A stretch of DNA of 46,843 nucleotides, taken from Anaerolineae bacterium (lineage in GTDB: Bacteria > Chloroflexota > Anaerolineae > DRVO01). The stretch lies in NCBI GenBank assembly GCA_028275325.1, contig JAPWUW010000001.1:1-46843 (forward strand), in the 5' to 3' direction. The notes under the pieces are model-generated. The model was not told the DNA's origin, searched no databases, and saw only the letters and a program-made list of their open reading frames with translations. Each line of letters starts with the position of its first letter. Within the stretch, counting starts at the first letter, position 1. The translations under genes were made by a program, and so were the position numbers. Shown one piece after another: positions 45,620 through 46,843 of the stretch.

Positions 45620-45830
45620 CGGTCGGCCCCTCGGCCGGGTAGCCCACGCTTACGAGCGCATCCCGTATTGCCCTCTCATCCGCTGGCGGCTCGAAAGCTA
45701 CCGTCACCCTTTTGGATTGGACGTCCGCCTCCACTTCCTTCACCCCCGCCACCGCCAAAACAGCCCTCTTGATGTTCTTGACGCAATGCTGGCAGGTTAT
45801 GCCCGGGACGAAAAACACTCGCTTTACCAT
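45612..45830 (-). CDS. copZ: Heavy-metal-associated copper chaperone
   Basis: [24 protein letters not shown]...VTVAFEP. GGGAGG lies 5 nt upstream of the ATG at 45830. The track ORF extends to 45890 with a non-protein-like N-terminus. Confidence 0.88.
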   Translation of the reverse strand: MVKRVFFVPGITCQHCVKNIKRAVLAVAGVKEVEADVQSKRVTVAFEPPADERAIRDALVSVGYPAEGPTGA

Positions 45831-45892
45831 CACTGCCTCCCTCTTCGATCTCGGCCACCCTTGTGCCATACGGCAGCCGCTAATTCCCACAT

Positions 45893-45901
45893 ATTATAGC
45901 A
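45893..45901 (-). promoter_or_regulatory. Candidate extended -10 promoter element (TGCTATAAT) for copZ-copA
   Basis: The reverse complement of 45893-45901 is TGCTATAAT, 63 nt upstream of the copZ ATG. There is no convincing -35, which is consistent with an extended -10 promoter. Confidence 0.35.
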
Positions 45902-46061
45902 CATCCGTCACTATCTGGCGCAGAGCGGGTCCATTTGGGGGCCAGGCGGCAGAAACATCTATCCGAGCCCCAGCAATCGCGGCCAGCGCACCCTGGCCGC
46001 AGCTGAGGCGCCGGCGGGCTTGGCTCTCCCGCCCACCTGCCCTGCAGCTTAGCTCAGCTTC

Positions 46062-46531
46062 TGGGGGCGGCCGGGTAGGAATACCTCCTAGACTGCGACA
46101 AAGACGGCCGACGTGCGCTGGCAGCGACAGAAAAGGGCAGGCTGGTGGGGCACTTTCTCGAGCGCGACAAGAACGGCCAACTTGCTTTGGCACCGACAGA
46201 ACCCTCACCAATCGGGCAACTGTGGCGGCCGGCAAACTCATCGAGAGCTGTAATCACCGGCGGCCAGCGCCCCACGGCGGCCAACGTTGTGGGCCCGAGA
46301 GTTGTGACCATCAGCCCCAACGCGCCATGGCCGCAAGTGCGGCACCCGTGAGGATTGTCTCTCCCACCCGCCCTGTGGCCTGCCTCCGCTTTATTGGGGC
46401 GGGTGGGCGGGAATGCCTCCTGAGCTGCAAGAATGGCGGCCAACGTGCCTTGGCAGCGACAGGGGGGCGGGTGGGTGGGAATGTGTCCCTCAACTGCCAC
46501 ATTGGCCGCCAACGTGCTGTGGCGGTGGCAC
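46062..46531 (+). repeat. Cluster of ~69-bp GC-rich degenerate repeats (forward units at 46062-46130, 46131-46199, 46394-46462, 46463-46531, with partial copies between)
   Basis: Approximate unit consensus: GGGGCGGGTGGGNGGGAATGNNTCC-TGAGCTGC-AAGAATGGCGGCCAACGTGC-CTTGGCAGCGACAG. Two head-to-tail pairs have an exact 69-bp period. The core GGCGGCCAACGTGC or close variants recurs at about 46103, 46172, 46225, 46259, 46277, 46435, 46504, 46555 and 46605. Confidence 0.7.
46321..46373 (-). repeat. Inverted-orientation copy of the same repeat family (C-rich box CCCACCCGCCC facing the G-rich box at 46396)
   Basis: GCCATGGCCGCAAGTGCGGCACCCGTGAGGATTGTCTCTCCCACCCGCCC. CCCACCCGCCC (46363-46373) is the exact complement of GGGCGGGTGGG (46397-46407), 23 nt away. 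Confidence 0.45.
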
Positions 46532-46650
46532 ATGTTCCAACATGGACCCAAGAATGCGGCCACGAAGCCGTCCCAAGAACCGCACGGGTTTCTACGGCCT
46601 ACCGTGGCGGCCAGTGCAACTTCCTGCGGGCGAGCTCTCGAGGTACCAGC

Positions 46651-46704
46651 GCACCATGGCCGCAGGTGTGCCGCTTGGGGAGAAGCCCCGCTCTCCCGCC
46701 CGCC
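46651..46704 (-). repeat. Second inverted-orientation copy of the repeat family
   Basis: GCACCATGGCCGCAGGTGTGCCGCTTGGGGAGAAGCCCCGCTCTCCCGCCCGCC parallels 46321-46373 block for block (CCATGGCCGCA.GTG...CTCTCCC.CCCGCC). Confidence 0.45.
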
Positions 46705-46735
46705 TTGGTGCCAGGTAGGCTGCGCAGCAGGAGGG

Positions 46736-46843
46736 TCAGCTGCGGGCGACCCGCAGGGCGATGAGGGCAACGAGCGCCAGAGCCAGGAGCCAGATGGCCA
46801 GCACAAGCACTACCCCCGCCCAGCTCACGGGCTGGCCGGAGCG
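46736..46843 (-). CDS. 3' end of an unidentified gene entering from the right edge (C-terminal transmembrane anchor)
   Basis: Manual minus-strand translation gives ...RSGQPVSWAGVVLVLAIWLLALALVALIALRVARS*, with the stop (TGA) at 46738-46736. It contains one clear hydrophobic helix and third-codon positions are G/C-rich. Confidence 0.4.
   Translation of the reverse strand, partial: RSGQPVSWAGVVLVLAIWLLALALVALIALRVARS

Noticed and set aside
46062-46531. CRISPR array (the period of ~69 bp fits repeat plus spacer)
   Set aside because: The entire 69-bp unit is homologous between copies, so there are no unique spacers. The copies are degenerate rather than near-identical, some are inverted, and no cas genes are present in the window.
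45712-46806. Long ORFs through the repeat nest (350 aa on plus; 250 aa and 115 aa on minus), including the idea of a 23-residue Cys-containing repeat protein or multi-core peptide precursor
   Set aside because: 69 bp equals 23 codons, so tandem units keep any frame open by construction. The translations are Arg/Gly/Pro-rich. The 45894..46241 minus frame has many A/T third positions, unlike real genes here. There is no RBS. The plus ORF would start antisense inside copZ and end inside the convergent right-edge gene.

Overview
GC-rich, gene-dense bacterial chromosomal window with about 43 protein-coding genes, one of them broken. I recognised no rRNA, tRNA, CRISPR array, transposase or integrase. 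Most long ORFs in the track are antisense shadows of real genes, which is expected at this GC content. Gene content (a Chlor_Arch_YYY/DUF2298 giant membrane protein and several URO-D-family paralogs in sugar-type loci) suggests a Chloroflexota-like organism; this is inference only.

Layout from left to right:
- A partial GntR regulator, then a 545-bp spacer carrying a GC-rich repeat.
- An MptB-like GT-C glycosyltransferase divergent from a NodB deacetylase, followed by an HpcH aldolase, a URO-D-family protein and a double MBL-fold protein.
- A 1415-aa GT39+DUF2298 fusion.
- pyrG, convergent with a DPPR-synthase-like UbiA prenyltransferase.
- A duplicated DUF1284-like protein.
- The housekeeping run yceD-rpmF-fabK-fabD-fabG-asp23-nusB-tatA/B-tatC.
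- A cDPG-synthetase-like P-loop protein plus AMMECR1.
- hpt, a small hypothetical gene, and a REC-pseudoREC-STAS regulator.
- A ~17.5-kb accessory island made of two convergent operons. The plus-strand operon is DeoR, URO-D, PfkB kinase, GH4, a broken SBP, 2 permeases, URO-D-like and a non-Pyl MttB homolog. The minus-strand operon is DegT aminotransferase, SBP, 2 permeases, 2 amidohydrolase-2 proteins and a sugar-phosphate isomerase/epimerase.
- copZ-copA.
- An ~0.85-kb non-coding nest of ~69-bp GC-rich repeats.

Most noteworthy observations:
1. The island places the MT1-like (MttB) and MT2-like (URO-D) halves of a corrinoid methyltransferase system inside a sugar-type uptake and catabolism locus, with no corrinoid protein visible.
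2. One of its two SBP genes carries exactly two in-frame stops and no frameshift.
3. The REP/BIME-like repeat family has perfect G-quadruplex motifs and a stem kept by compensatory changes, and a further copy sits 45 kb away.
4. Envelope genes point to a polyprenyl-phosphate-sugar donor pathway feeding GT-C enzymes.

All family assignments come from manual motif recognition. Start codons are best estimates.
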